Shown here piece after piece: positions 35,047 to 45,233 of a stretch of DNA of 64,000 nt (position 1 is the stretch's first letter; every line of letters begins with the position of its first letter). The DNA lies in NCBI GenBank assembly GCA_022784645.1, contig JALFZG010000010.1, positions 43 through 64,042 of the forward strand. The letters are read 5' to 3'. The notes beneath the pieces were generated by a model that was given only the letters and a program-made list of their open reading frames with translations, was not told the DNA's origin and searched no databases. This stretch comes from Bacteroidales bacterium (GTDB lineage Bacteria > Bacteroidota > Bacteroidia > Bacteroidales > Paludibacteraceae). The position numbers and the translations under genes are program-made.

Positions 35047-36699
35047 ATGCAAAAAAGTCCTCTCCAAATTGCACGTGCGAGCTACCAACCAAAGCTCCCC
35101 GTTGCCCTTCAGGGAAATGTAGTTCTTGAGAACGGCGAAGCTACGCAGTCGGTAGCCGATCAGGAAGAAATCAAGGCGCTCTTCCCTAACACGTATGGAA
35201 TGCCCATCATCAAGATGATTAAGGGCGAAAAAAAGAGTTTCGAGCCGATGAACGTTGGCGTGATTCTTTCTGGTGGTCAGGCCCCCGGTGGTCATAACGT
35301 TATTAGTGGTCTTTTTGATGGCTTGAAGAATCTCAATCCGCAGAACAAACTTTATGGTTTTCTTGGCGGCCCCAGCGGCTTGATTGAGCATAAATATACG
35401 GAGCTCACAGCTGAAGTTATTGACGAATATCGCAATACCGGCGGTTTTGATATCATTGGTTCTGGCCGCACCAAGCTTGAAGAAACTTGGCAATTTGACA
35501 AGGGTATTGAGATCTGCAAAGAGCTCGGCATTAAGGCTATCGTTATCATTGGTGGCGATGATTCCAATACCAATGCTTGCGTGCTTGCTGAGTACTATCT
35601 GCAGAAGAATACCGGTATTCAGGTGATTGGTTGCCCCAAGACAATTGATGGCGACTTGAAGAACGAGCAAATTGAAACCTCTTTCGGTTTTGATACGGCT
35701 TGCAAAGTATTCTCTGAACTTATTGGAAATATCCAGCGCGATGCCAATTCGGCTAAGAAGTATTGGCACTTTATCCGTTTGATGGGCCGCTCGGCTTCGC
35801 ATATCGCGCTCGAGTGCGCGCTGCAGGCTCAGCCGAATATGTGCTTGATTTCGGAGGAGGTCGAAGCTAAGAATATGACTCTTCAAGATATCGTTGAGCA
35901 GATCGTTAAGGTAATTGTTGACCGCGCAGAAGCAGGCTTGAATTTCGGTACTATCCTTATTCCGGAAGGCCTTATTGAGTTTATTCCTGCAATGAAGAAG
36001 CTTATTTCTGAGCTCAACGATACGCTCGCTGCCAACGAAGAAACCTTCAAGGCACTCACGACTGATGATGAGAAGCGTCAGTTCGTAAAAGCTTGCCTCA
36101 CGCATGATTCGTGCGAGCTTTTCCGTTCGCTTCCTAAGGGCATTGCTCGTCAGCTGATGCTTGATCGTGACCCACACGGCAACGTGATGGTATCACAGAT
36201 TGAGACCGAGAAACTCTTGATTGAGATGGTAGCTAAGCGTCTTGCTATCCTCAAAGCTGAGGGTCAGTATAAGGGTAAGTTCAATGCGCTCAACCATTTC
36301 TTCGGTTATGAAGGCCGCTGCGCTATCCCTTCCAACTTCGATGCTGACTACTGCTACTCGATTGGCGTAACTGCTACTTGGCTTATCGCTAATGGAAAGA
36401 CCGGTTACATGTCGCTCGTGCAGAACCTCACCGCTCCTGCTGCTGATTGGATTGCTGGTGGTGTGCCTATCACGATGATGATGAACATGGAGAAGCGCAA
36501 TGGTAAGATGAAGCCGGTTATTCAGAAGGCTCTCGTTGACTTAAACGGCGCTCCATTTAAGTATCTTGTTGCTCACCGAGAAGAATGGGCAGATGCTAAT
36601 ACTTCCTATATCTATCCGGGCCCCATCCAGTATTATGGTCCGTCGGAGGTTTGCGATCAGCCTACTCGTACGCTCCGCCTCGAGCATAACGCACTTTGA
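35047..36699 (+). CDS. pfp: Diphosphate--fructose-6-phosphate 1-phosphotransferase (PPi-dependent PFK)
   Basis: 550 aa with PFK fold motifs ([34 protein letters not shown]), typical of the long PPi-PFK clade. Confidence 0.9.
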   Translation: MQKSPLQIARASYQPKLPVALQGNVVLENGEATQSVADQEEIKALFPNTYGMPIIKMIKGEKKSFEPMNVGVILSGGQAPGGHNVISGLFDGLKNLNPQNKLYGFLGGPSGLIEHKYTELTAEVIDEYRNTGGFDIIGSGRTKLEETWQFDKGIEICKELGIKAIVIIGGDDSNTNACVLAEYYLQKNTGIQVIGCPKTIDGDLKNEQIETSFGFDTACKVFSELIGNIQRDANSAKKYWHFIRLMGRSASHIALECALQAQPNMCLISEEVEAKNMTLQDIVEQIVKVIVDRAEAGLNFGTILIPEGLIEFIPAMKKLISELNDTLAANEETFKALTTDDEKRQFVKACLTHDSCELFRSLPKGIARQLMLDRDPHGNVMVSQIETEKLLIEMVAKRLAILKAEGQYKGKFNALNHFFGYEGRCAIPSNFDADYCYSIGVTATWLIANGKTGYMSLVQNLTAPAADWIAGGVPITMMMNMEKRNGKMKPVIQKALVDLNGAPFKYLVAHREEWADANTSYIYPGPIQYYGPSEVCDQPTRTLRLEHNAL

Positions 36700-36730
36700 T
36701 TTTTTGATCCCACCTTTTATCAATATTAGT

Positions 36731-36770
36731 AGCAGGCGGGCGATTTGCTCGCCTGCTATTTTCGGTTTTT
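36731..36770 (+). terminator. Terminator of pfp
   Basis: AGCAGGCG...CGCCTGCT hairpin followed by ATTTTCGGTTTTT. Confidence 0.65.
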
Positions 36771-36851
36771 ACGTGTTGTGGTTTTGATATATATATTCAC
36801 TATTGTGTGTTTGTCAAAACGTTAGAAAAAATCTTTGATAGCATAATTTGC

Positions 36852-37574
36852 ATGAAAAAATATTTCATAATGGCAGCTTTGCTGCTCGCGTCTGTGTTCT
36901 CGTTTGCTCAATATTCCGATGCCGTGTTGTTCGATGCTTATCTTCGCGCGGACATGTCGGTATGGAATTCGTATCTGCATGCATATAATTTCAATAAGCT
37001 TTCTCTCGCAGAGAAGGAGCGTTATTTGAACTATGAGTATGGTTATGTAGCTACTGCCATTGATTTGAAGGAGCCTGATGCAGAGCAGCATCTCCAGAAT
37101 TTTGAGAAGCATATTGAGGCACTAAAACCGCATTTGGAGAAGGCTATGTATCTCGATTACTTGAGCTCATGCGTAGCATATAAAGCGCTGATGAACAAGG
37201 CAAAATTCATTTCGTATGGTTTGGAATCCAAGAAACTGATTTACGAAGCTTTCGAAGTGGATTCTCTCCATCCTTCGGTATTGACGCTCAAAGGAAACGT
37301 GGACTTCTATGCACCAAAGATGATTGGCGGTAATAAGAAGCGTGCGCTTGGTTATTTCTATAAAGCGCAACGTATTTTTGAGCAGAAAGGCGATACCGTA
37401 AATAATTGGAATTACGTAAGTTGCCTCCAGTGCCAGATTGAATGCGAGGATAAAATTGGCAATACAGATAAGGCTATCCGTCTTGCACGCAAGCTCCTTG
37501 CCCGTTATCCTCAGCATGCATATATTCGCGATACCCTTCTTCCTGATCTATTGAAAAAGCAAAAGAAAAAGTAG
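36852..37574 (+). CDS. Hypothetical secreted all-helical (TPR-like) protein
   Basis: Signal peptide MKKYFIMAALLLASVFSFAQ, helical repeat-like composition, and a lysine-rich C-terminus. It ends 8 nt before the next gene. The start codon choice is uncertain. Confidence 0.55.
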   Translation: MKKYFIMAALLLASVFSFAQYSDAVLFDAYLRADMSVWNSYLHAYNFNKLSLAEKERYLNYEYGYVATAIDLKEPDAEQHLQNFEKHIEALKPHLEKAMYLDYLSSCVAYKALMNKAKFISYGLESKKLIYEAFEVDSLHPSVLTLKGNVDFYAPKMIGGNKKRALGYFYKAQRIFEQKGDTVNNWNYVSCLQCQIECEDKIGNTDKAIRLARKLLARYPQHAYIRDTLLPDLLKKQKKK

Positions 37575-37582
37575 TAGTCATC

Positions 37583-38719
37583 ATGTTTACACATATTGCC
37601 GATTCGCTCTGCGGCGCATTTATTATTACCAGTTTATTTCTTGCCGCACATTTTCAGATTACGTCTGATGAAGCTACTCAGCGCAGACGGGAGAAAACTC
37701 TGCGTAGGTTAAACAGCATACTGATGCTTACGGTATGTTGTTGCGCGTTGTCGTATTGCCTGTCGTGGTTCCCAATTTATACTGCACATCCTGCTCCCCG
37801 CAAGATATCAGTATTGTTTTGCCTTTGGTTGCTTCCTGAATTATTCCTTATCATGACCGAACTGACCAAGCGAAAGCCCATTACGAAGGCAATGTGTATT
37901 CTGCCATTTTTGCCAGTGGCACTCATGCAGATATTGATTTTTATCGATACACCATATTTTGAGCAAATTTACACTACGTTCTTGATTCTATATATAGCTT
38001 TCGATATTATCATGACGTTAATATCGGTGCATCATTATAAGCAGTTTGTTAGGGAGAACTACTCCGAGGAGTATGGTCGTGAGACGTCATGGATTATCCA
38101 ATCTACAGTCTTAATTGCTATTCTGTTTGCTGTTTGGTTGGGTTTCTTTTTCTTTGAAGGACCTGTCTTTACGACTATCTTTATGTTTGTGAACCTGCTT
38201 GTATGGCCATTAGGATGCTTCAATATGGCCAGAGTGATTCACGTGCGAGAGAGCATGCGAGACGATGATGTATGCGTGTGTGAGCCGGAGAATGAGACTG
38301 TTGCTCCCCAAAAGAAAGATATAAATGGTGCAGCAGAAGCAGATACAGCTCAACCAATAGAGGAAGTGCGTGAGCTTTCAAAAGATGAACTGTTCTTAAA
38401 GCGCTTGAAGGAAGTATGCGAGGATACGAAGCTCTATACCACAGAAGACCTCACGCGCGAAGAATTGTCGCGTGCGATGATGCTCAATCACTCGTATCTT
38501 ACCCGTATGTTGAAGTCGGCTACTGGAAAAACTTTCTATGAATATATCAATAGCCTCCGAATGCAGTATGCCGAAGAGTTGTTGCGTGACCCCAATTTTC
38601 CACTTGATGCCATTCCACTCGAAGTAGGCTATAAGCATCGCTCTACGTATTACCGCGTTTTTGGCGAGAAGTTTGGCTGTACACCTACCGAATACCGGGC
38701 TAAAGTACTTGCGAAATAA
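37583..38719 (+). CDS. Polytopic membrane protein with a C-terminal AraC/XylS HTH domain
   Basis: About 7 TM helices, then a complete AraC domain (LTREELSRAMMLNHSYLTRMLKSATGKTFYEYINSLRMQYAEELL ... VGYKHRSTYYRVFGEKFGCTPTEYR). Confidence 0.75.
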   Translation: MFTHIADSLCGAFIITSLFLAAHFQITSDEATQRRREKTLRRLNSILMLTVCCCALSYCLSWFPIYTAHPAPRKISVLFCLWLLPELFLIMTELTKRKPITKAMCILPFLPVALMQILIFIDTPYFEQIYTTFLILYIAFDIIMTLISVHHYKQFVRENYSEEYGRETSWIIQSTVLIAILFAVWLGFFFFEGPVFTTIFMFVNLLVWPLGCFNMARVIHVRESMRDDDVCVCEPENETVAPQKKDINGAAEADTAQPIEEVRELSKDELFLKRLKEVCEDTKLYTTEDLTREELSRAMMLNHSYLTRMLKSATGKTFYEYINSLRMQYAEELLRDPNFPLDAIPLEVGYKHRSTYYRVFGEKFGCTPTEYRAKVLAK

Positions 38720-38886
38720 ATTGTCATTTCATAAAAACACTTCTATATTTTCTGTTTTGACAATTAATATATCGTCAAAATACTAAAAATTGTTCAATTT
38801 TATGCAAAAATGTTGCAAAATAGAGTACTGCAACAAATTTTGCAGAGTTTGAGCAAAATGTTCGCATTACTTTCAGTGAAATATAG

Positions 38887-38894
38887 TAATTTTG
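38887..38894 (+). promoter_or_regulatory. -7 promoter box with no downstream ORF (candidate sRNA promoter)
   Basis: TAATTTTG within ATATAGTAATTTTGCATCG. Confidence 0.5.
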
Positions 38895-38899
38895 CATCG

Positions 38900-39100
38900 C
38901 TTTCGAGAGAAAGTGATAAGTGTAGATTATTCAGGTGCAATTAGATTGCGTTGTTCTGATGCATCGAAATTAAGTGAATGTTAATAAGAATGTAAGTGAA
39001 TTTTTCCTAATGTAGGAAGCGAAAAAGCTGTGAAGCTGAAAGTAGTGTACGTAGTAAAGAGTAGTAGTTTAGCACCAGGAATTTTCTGGTGCTTTTTTTT
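38900..39100 (+). ncRNA. Candidate small RNA of about 200 nt, unknown family
   Basis: It is bounded by the consensus -7 box (38887-38894) and a strong terminator (AGCACCAG/CTGGTGCT at 39071-39092 plus T8). It contains only trivial ORFs and several local hairpins (CTTTC-GAGA-GAAAG, TTCCT-AATGT-AGGAA). Confidence 0.4.
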
Positions 39101-39234
39101 GCATCTGCCTGATAGTATGAAAGAAGGATATTCTACTATTTTTAATTTCAACAAAAAAAATTGCATTTTCAAAATTAATGTGCATTATTCGAAACATTTT
39201 ATGGGAAATATTTGTGTGTGTTAAAAAAAATGTG

Positions 39235-39242
39235 TAATTTTG
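39235..39242 (+). promoter_or_regulatory. -7 promoter box for the PBP-TM-AraC regulator gene
   Basis: TAATTTTG lies about 41 nt upstream of the ATG at 39283. Confidence 0.55.
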
Positions 39243-39282
39243 CAGCATAATTCACATAATCACTTACCTTATTTATCTACAC

Positions 39283-40863
39283 ATGATTCGATTCACCCAA
39301 TTGAGTGGAAAGATTTTTGCTATTTCTTTCTTTGTTATCATTAGTATAGTATGTTTAAGTTGTTGTGAGCAGCGCTCAACTCCGAAATATGTAGTGGGAG
39401 TGAGTCAATGTTCCGATGGCTTGTGGCGGCAACGAATGAATTTTGAGATGCAAACAGAGCAGGTGCTGCATCCTGAGATTGAGTTGCGTTTTCGTCAATC
39501 GGATGATAACAGCCTTTTGCAATGTCAGCAGATTGATTCTTTCATCAGCGAGAGAGTGGATTTGCTGATTGTTGCCCCAAATGAAGAGGTAGGGGTAACA
39601 CCAGCTATTTCGCGAGCGTTTGATGCTGGCATTCCGGTACTTGTAACTGATCGCCGCGTGATTGGCGATAAATGGACGGCCTATGTCGGCGGTGATAATA
39701 TCCAAATCGGCCATTTGATGGGAGATTGGGTGCGCAGTCTGCTTATGACTGAGCAGATAAAGGAGGCGCGCGTAATGGAGCTTTGGGGGTTGCCCAATAG
39801 TTCGCCTGCAGCCAAACGCCATCAGGGTTTTGCAGAAAAAATAGAGGGTATTAAGCAAATAAGGATTGTGTGTTCGGCTTGCGGACGTTGGTTGCCAGAA
39901 GATGGTGAACGTGTAGCGGATTCTCTGCTGGCTATCCATCCAGAAGTGAACGTGATTGTGGCACATAATGATGAGATGGCTATCGCAGCATCGCGAGCTG
40001 TTCGTCGCAGAGGTTTGGATATTCGCATCATGGGCGTGGATGCGTTGCCCGGTGAGGGTGGGGGATTGCAGGCTTTGGAGCAAGGATGGATTGATATGAG
40101 TGCGGCAAATTCCGGCAGAGGAGACCTTGTTTTAAGGTTGGCTATAAGGATATTGGAAGGAAAACCATTCCCCAAAGATACACTTTTCCCTTCAGCACTT
40201 ATTGATACCAATGCAGCTATGGGCATTCTCATGCAAGCCGATTTGATTGATAACGATGCTGCAGCTATTCGTAAGATTCGTCAGGAACTCTATGAATTGG
40301 GCTCCATCCAGCAAATGCAGCAATGGATAATCATAGGGCTGACTGTTATTGCGGTTTTGTTTATCGTCATGTCGTTCATCCTGTATCGCGCTTTTCATTC
40401 GCGCAATATGGCTCGTGCGACCCAAGAGCTGCAAGAGCGTCAATTGCGCAAGCAAAACCGTCAGCTGGAAGTGATGACGGCCGAGTTGGCGCAAACGAAA
40501 GCCAAGGTGCAATCAGAGGTGGATTTTATGCAACGGCTTACGAATGAGATTGAGTCGCGCCTTTCTGATTCAGAATTGGATATTGAACAACTGGCTACCC
40601 AATTGAGTATGAGCCGTGCTGGTTTGTATCGAAAAATCAAGGCTTCTACTGGTCAAAGCCCGGTAGCGCTCGTGCGGTACATTCGTTTACACAAAGCGCA
40701 GCAGTTGCTAGAGAAGGGCGATGCTACAATCCAAGAAATCGCTTATGAAGTGGGCTTTGCCACTCCTAGTTATTTCGCGAAATGTTTTAAAGACGAGTTC
40801 GGTATGTCGCCGGCTGAGTATCAGAAATCGCATGAGAATAAGGTAGATACTGAGGAGGGTTAA
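39283..40863 (+). CDS. One-component transmembrane sensor-regulator: periplasmic sugar-binding (PBP type 1) domain, one TM, a coiled coil, then an AraC HTH
   Basis: Signal-anchor, then a LacI/RbsB-like periplasmic domain (VGVSQCSDGLWRQRMN ... DLLIVAPNE ... IPVLVTDR), a TM (WIIIGLTVIAVLFIVMSFILY), a heptad-rich linker, and an AraC domain (IQEIAYEVGFATPSYFAKCFKDEFGMSPAEYQK). Confidence 0.8.
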   Translation: MIRFTQLSGKIFAISFFVIISIVCLSCCEQRSTPKYVVGVSQCSDGLWRQRMNFEMQTEQVLHPEIELRFRQSDDNSLLQCQQIDSFISERVDLLIVAPNEEVGVTPAISRAFDAGIPVLVTDRRVIGDKWTAYVGGDNIQIGHLMGDWVRSLLMTEQIKEARVMELWGLPNSSPAAKRHQGFAEKIEGIKQIRIVCSACGRWLPEDGERVADSLLAIHPEVNVIVAHNDEMAIAASRAVRRRGLDIRIMGVDALPGEGGGLQALEQGWIDMSAANSGRGDLVLRLAIRILEGKPFPKDTLFPSALIDTNAAMGILMQADLIDNDAAAIRKIRQELYELGSIQQMQQWIIIGLTVIAVLFIVMSFILYRAFHSRNMARATQELQERQLRKQNRQLEVMTAELAQTKAKVQSEVDFMQRLTNEIESRLSDSELDIEQLATQLSMSRAGLYRKIKASTGQSPVALVRYIRLHKAQQLLEKGDATIQEIAYEVGFATPSYFAKCFKDEFGMSPAEYQKSHENKVDTEEG

Positions 40864-41239
40864 AGAGAAAAGGTAATGAACGGTTACAAATTCTAACCAA
40901 TAGAAGTAATACGCCTTCTAGTAGAGTCCTTTGTATTTAATGTAGCTACATAAAAAAGTACCCGCAAATAGAGATTGATAGCAGATTATATACAGATAAA
41001 TTGATTTCAGACTAAATATAGAGTTAGTGTAATATTTCTCTGTTACAGATTTGTTAATGTATGCAAAAAAGATGAAGATGTCGCATTGGCTCAGATCAAT
41101 CACAAGGAGAACCTAGCTTAGGTTGCAGAGCATATAGGGGAGATGAGTCTGGTTGACATCAACTACTTACCCTAAGCCTCAAAAACAAGACGTACATTTA
41201 CATTATCGAGCGTTATTGCAAGTAAAGATTATTAGAAAA

Positions 41240-41281
41240 GCACAAATAATAAATCAGCCCTACCAAGAATGGTAGGACTGA
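41240..41281 (-). terminator. Terminator of dnaK
   Basis: TCAGCCCTACC (41254-41264) pairs with GGTAGGACTGA (41271-41281). On the minus strand it is followed by TTTATTATTTG. Confidence 0.55.
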
Positions 41282-41327
41282 TTGTTGTCTCACTCGGTTG
41301 AAGGATTGCAGTTTCCCGCAGGGCGGG

Positions 41328-43259
41328 TTATTTCACTTCTTCGAAGTCAACATCGGTAACGTCATTTGCATTGTTGTTGCCGCTATTGCTACTATTGTTG
41401 CAGTTACCACCATTGCAACCACCATTGCTGGGGTTCGGGCCTGCTTGTGCACCTTGCTGAGCAGCGTACATCTCAGCGCTGGCTGCCTGGAAAGCGGTGT
41501 TGAGCGTGTTCATAGCTGCTTCGCACGCATCGGCATCTTTCTTCTCATAAGCGTCTTTAAGCTGCTTGAGTGCCTCCTCAATCGGTGCTTTCTTGTCAGC
41601 CGGGATCTTATCTCCCACTTCCTGGAGCGACTTCTCCGTTTGGAAGATCATCGCATCTGCGTGGTTGAGTTTATCCACACGCTCTTTCTCGCGCTTATCG
41701 GCTTCTGCATTAGCCTCTGCCTCTGCTTTCATGCGCTTGATTTCCTCATCGCTCAAGCCGCTGGATGCTTCGATACGAATCTTAGCATCTTTGCCGGTAG
41801 CCTTATCCTTTGCAGATACGTTGAGGATACCGTTGGCATCGATATCGAAGGTCACCTCAATCTGCGGTTCACCACGACGAGCAGGCATGATGCCATCGAG
41901 ATGGAAACGGCCGAGAAGCTTGTTCTGCGCAGCCATCGGGCGCTCGCCCTGATAGATTACGATTTCTACCGAAGGCTGGTTGTCAACAGCCGTGGTAAAG
42001 GTTTCGGTTTTCTTGGTAGGAATCGTAGTGTTGGCTTCGATCATCTTGGTCATAACGCCACCCATCGTTTCAATACCGAGCGACAGCGGGGTTACATCAA
42101 GCAAGAGGATATCCTTTACATCGCCGGTGAGTACGCCACCCTGGATAGCTGCTCCGATAGCTACAACCTCATCGGGGTTAACGCCCTTTGACGGTGCTTT
42201 GCCGAAGAATTTCTCTACAGCCTGCTGGATAGCCGGGATACGGGTAGAACCGCCTACGAGGATAATCTCATCGATGTCTGAAGTGGTGAGACCTGCGTTT
42301 TGGAGCGCGGTGCGGCAAGGTGCAATGGTGCGCTGGATAAGGTCGTCGATGAGTTGCTCAAACTTAGCGCGGGTGAGCGTCTTTACCAAGTGCTGCGGCA
42401 CGCCATCAACCGAGGTGATGTAGGGGAGGTTAATCTCTGAAGAGGTGGTGTTAGAAAGCTCAATCTTAGCTTTCTCGGCAGCCTCTTTCAAGCGCTGCAT
42501 AGCCATCGGGTCTTTGGAGAGGTCTGCTCCACCATGCTCATTCTTAAACTCTTGAACGAGCCAATCGATAATACGATGGTCGAAGTCATCACCGCCCAGG
42601 TGGGTATCACCATCGGTAGCTTTTACTTCAAACACGCCATCGCCAAGCTCCAATACAGAAACATCGTGTGTACCACCACCGCAGTCAAATACTACGATCT
42701 TCATATCCTTGTTAGCTTTGTCAAGGCCATATGCAAGAGCGGCTGCGGTAGGCTCGTTAACGATACGGCGCACCTTCAAACCTGCGATTTCGCCTGCCTC
42801 CTTGGTTGCCTGACGTTGAGAGTCGTTGAAGTAAGCCGGTACGGTGATTACTGCCTCCGTTACTTCCTGACCGAGGTAATCCTCAGCGGTCTTCTTCATC
42901 TTCTGAAGGATGATAGCCGAAATCTCCTGCGGAGTATAAAGACGGCCGTCAATATCTACGCGCGGGGTGTTGTTGTCACCGCGAACTACCTTATACGGAA
43001 CGCGCTCAATCTCCTTAGAGAGACGGTCATACGTCTCACCCATGAAGCGCTTAATGGAATAAACGGTTTTGGTAGGGTTCGTGATAGCCTGACGCTTAGC
43101 GGGGTCACCCACTTTGCGCTCGCCACCATCAGCGAAACCGATTACAGAAGGCGTAGTACGTTTGCCTTCAGAGTTAGTGATTACGATAGGCTCATTGCCT
43201 TCCATAACTGCGACGCAGGAATTCGTTGTTCCAAGGTCGATACCAATAATTTTGCTCAT
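41328..43259 (-). CDS. dnaK: Molecular chaperone DnaK (Hsp70)
   Basis: [26 protein letters not shown]-type motifs, and a C-terminal EEVK. Start set at 43259, not the ORF-track start at 43331. It has an unusual Asn/Gly/Cys-rich tail before DVDFEEVK. Confidence 0.95.
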   Translation of the reverse strand: MSKIIGIDLGTTNSCVAVMEGNEPIVITNSEGKRTTPSVIGFADGGERKVGDPAKRQAITNPTKTVYSIKRFMGETYDRLSKEIERVPYKVVRGDNNTPRVDIDGRLYTPQEISAIILQKMKKTAEDYLGQEVTEAVITVPAYFNDSQRQATKEAGEIAGLKVRRIVNEPTAAALAYGLDKANKDMKIVVFDCGGGTHDVSVLELGDGVFEVKATDGDTHLGGDDFDHRIIDWLVQEFKNEHGGADLSKDPMAMQRLKEAAEKAKIELSNTTSSEINLPYITSVDGVPQHLVKTLTRAKFEQLIDDLIQRTIAPCRTALQNAGLTTSDIDEIILVGGSTRIPAIQQAVEKFFGKAPSKGVNPDEVVAIGAAIQGGVLTGDVKDILLLDVTPLSLGIETMGGVMTKMIEANTTIPTKKTETFTTAVDNQPSVEIVIYQGERPMAAQNKLLGRFHLDGIMPARRGEPQIEVTFDIDANGILNVSAKDKATGKDAKIRIEASSGLSDEEIKRMKAEAEANAEADKREKERVDKLNHADAMIFQTEKSLQEVGDKIPADKKAPIEEALKQLKDAYEKKDADACEAAMNTLNTAFQAASAEMYAAQQGAQAGPNPSNGGCNGGNCNNSSNSGNNNANDVTDVDFEEVK

Positions 43260-43451
43260 ATTCTTATTATATTTTTTAGTTACACAAATATTGTTCTGCC
43301 GCATTGCTGCTCTGCTGTTTTTGTACTGCATGCCATTGCATGTCGCTTGGGGCAGCCTTACGACTTCGCTCCAATATTCTCAAATCGTGTGCCAAAGCTG
43401 TAAAATCGTTATAAGACTGCCAAAATGTCAGTATCGCTGTACAAAATGGCA

Positions 43452-43482
43452 CAAAAAAAGCTGCCCCAAATGCTGGGGCAGC
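43452..43482 (-). terminator. Terminator of the 43582-44592 gene
   Basis: GCTGCCCCA/TGGGGCAGC hairpin, followed on the minus strand by T7. Confidence 0.65.
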
Positions 43483-43581
43483 CGCTTTAGTAAGCTTTAC
43501 TTATGCATGTTAGTAAGCGATGCTTCTACTTGTCAGTAAGTTGTGCTTACATGTGTTTCCTCAAGTGAGGGAAATCTTTTT

Positions 43582-44592
43582 TTAGAGCTTTTGGCCGAGA
43601 GCGTTGTAGCGTACACCATTCTTCTCGATGATGAGCATACCATTCTCGATAACCTTGTTAACCTTAACAGCCTCTACGTTCTCAACAGCGGTATGAACAG
43701 AGCTGTAGAGTTCGATCTCGTTGGTGCCATCAGAAACCTTAACGGTAACAGCCTCGGTCTCGAATGCGATAGCAGCGAGCGACATCTTCGAGCCGCAAGC
43801 GTTTACATAGTAAGAGGTGTTAGCAATAACGGGGAATGCGATTACGCCAAGACCATTGTGAGCATACGCACCGTTCTTTTGAACGTCGAGAGAGTCAGCA
43901 ATCTTACCATAGGTAGGAACATCTTCGCGGAGCATCGGAATCTCAGGGAATACGATGCCACCCTCTACAACATAACCATTTTCGTCAACGACGGGGTTGT
44001 AGGTGATGAGGGAGTCGGTGATGACGTCCTTGCAGAGGATACCAGCAAGGGAAGGTACTTTTTTCTGGTTAACCGAATCGGTGCCCGGGCAGGTAATCAT
44101 AGCGAAATCATACCACATAGAGGTTGCTTCACCTTTGAAGAGCTCAAACACGGTGTAGTGCTTGTTAGAAGAAGCTTTGTGGAAAACGTAGATTACGCCG
44201 TCTTGCTTTACGTCAATCTGGTAAACAGCACCCTGAGAAGGAGCAACGTTCGTGAGAGCTGGGTTACCACCACCAGCATCCTTCGGGTTGTCATTACCCT
44301 GGATTCCCCACTGGTCAGGAACGACAATGTTTGAACCATTCATGGTGAGGGTGGTGTAGGCATTAGCATTAAGACCTACACGCTGATAGGTGGTAGCAAA
44401 AGCGTTCTTTACGTCGAATGCGGTACCGGTGTAAAACACTACACCTGCATCAACAGCCGTTCTAGTTGCTGTTTCTGCTTTTACTTCAGCTTCAGTAGGA
44501 TAGTCGGTTTGGCTCGGGGTGTACACCTCAGCGGTAGCCATAGCTGCTGCTGATACCATCAGAGCAGCTGCAAAAAAGAAAAATTTCTTCAT
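43582..44592 (-). CDS. Hypothetical secreted protein with a short C-terminal beta-strand tail of a type recurring in this window
   Basis: Signal peptide MKKFFFFAAALMVSAAAMA, no recognisable catalytic motif, and a tail ...KVIENGMLIIEKNGVRYNALGQKL. It is the last gene of the SusC/SusD cluster. Confidence 0.6.
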   Translation of the reverse strand: MKKFFFFAAALMVSAAAMATAEVYTPSQTDYPTEAEVKAETATRTAVDAGVVFYTGTAFDVKNAFATTYQRVGLNANAYTTLTMNGSNIVVPDQWGIQGNDNPKDAGGGNPALTNVAPSQGAVYQIDVKQDGVIYVFHKASSNKHYTVFELFKGEATSMWYDFAMITCPGTDSVNQKKVPSLAGILCKDVITDSLITYNPVVDENGYVVEGGIVFPEIPMLREDVPTYGKIADSLDVQKNGAYAHNGLGVIAFPVIANTSYYVNACGSKMSLAAIAFETEAVTVKVSDGTNEIELYSSVHTAVENVEAVKVNKVIENGMLIIEKNGVRYNALGQKL

Positions 44593-44716
44593 GTTGCTAA
44601 AAAATTTAAGTTGTTAATAATAAAGATTGTGTTGGGATTGTCTTGATTTCTTTTGCGACAGCTATCGTTATCACTAACGCTATCGCTACATTGCTTTAGC
44701 CTTTCAGCCGATGCGC

Positions 44717-45187
44717 TTAGCGCGCACCGGTGAAAGTATAGGTAGTGGTTTTGGCATTTCTGCCCTTACCCGTTTTGAGTTTGAAGTCAAATCCTGTGGT
44801 GCCATCGATTTTAACGCGTCCTTGGAACTGGGGCACGGTAGCATCTTCAGGCGAATCAGCGGGAAGGAGCTCAGCGGCTGCGTTGTTGTAATACACGTAT
44901 TCGTCGCCCGCATGCGCTACGTTGGCCTTGCAGCTACCGGTATAGCCTAAACCAGCAGCATCGATGGTCATCGTTACCAAATAGGGATTTCCCTCTACTT
45001 CGGCAAACACAACAGTACCTTTGGTTTCGCCGGTGTTTCCCTTAGAGTCCACCATGGACCAAACGCCGGTATAGGTACCTGCGATGCCGGCAGCAGCGGT
45101 GGTGTCAAACACGCGGTTCTCATCGGGTTGGCAACCCATCAGGCAGCACATGGCTGCTATGAGCATAAGATTCAATATGCGTTTCAT
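44717..45187 (-). CDS. Small lipoprotein (lipocalin-like beta-barrel candidate)
   Basis: Lipobox LMGC, 156 aa, beta-rich with a GTYTGVW motif. It lies immediately downstream of susD-like. Confidence 0.6.
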   Translation of the reverse strand: MKRILNLMLIAAMCCLMGCQPDENRVFDTTAAAGIAGTYTGVWSMVDSKGNTGETKGTVVFAEVEGNPYLVTMTIDAAGLGYTGSCKANVAHAGDEYVYYNNAAAELLPADSPEDATVPQFQGRVKIDGTTGFDFKLKTGKGRNAKTTTYTFTGAR

Positions 45188-45233
45188 AAGAAAATGGATT
45201 TTTCAAATAATGAATAATTCTGCATTTATCGGA

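Noticed and set aside
39030-39224. A 64-aa ORF overlapping the candidate sRNA terminator
   Set aside because: It runs through a strong hairpin and T-run and through an A+T-rich spacer. It has no promoter or start context, and its composition is atypical.
40918-41103. A 61-aa minus-strand ORF in the A+T-rich spacer, and a 74-aa ORF at 50374-50598
   Set aside because: Both have an A+T-driven, low-complexity, Tyr/Ile/Phe-rich composition and lie in promoter or spacer DNA. Neither has a supporting signal.
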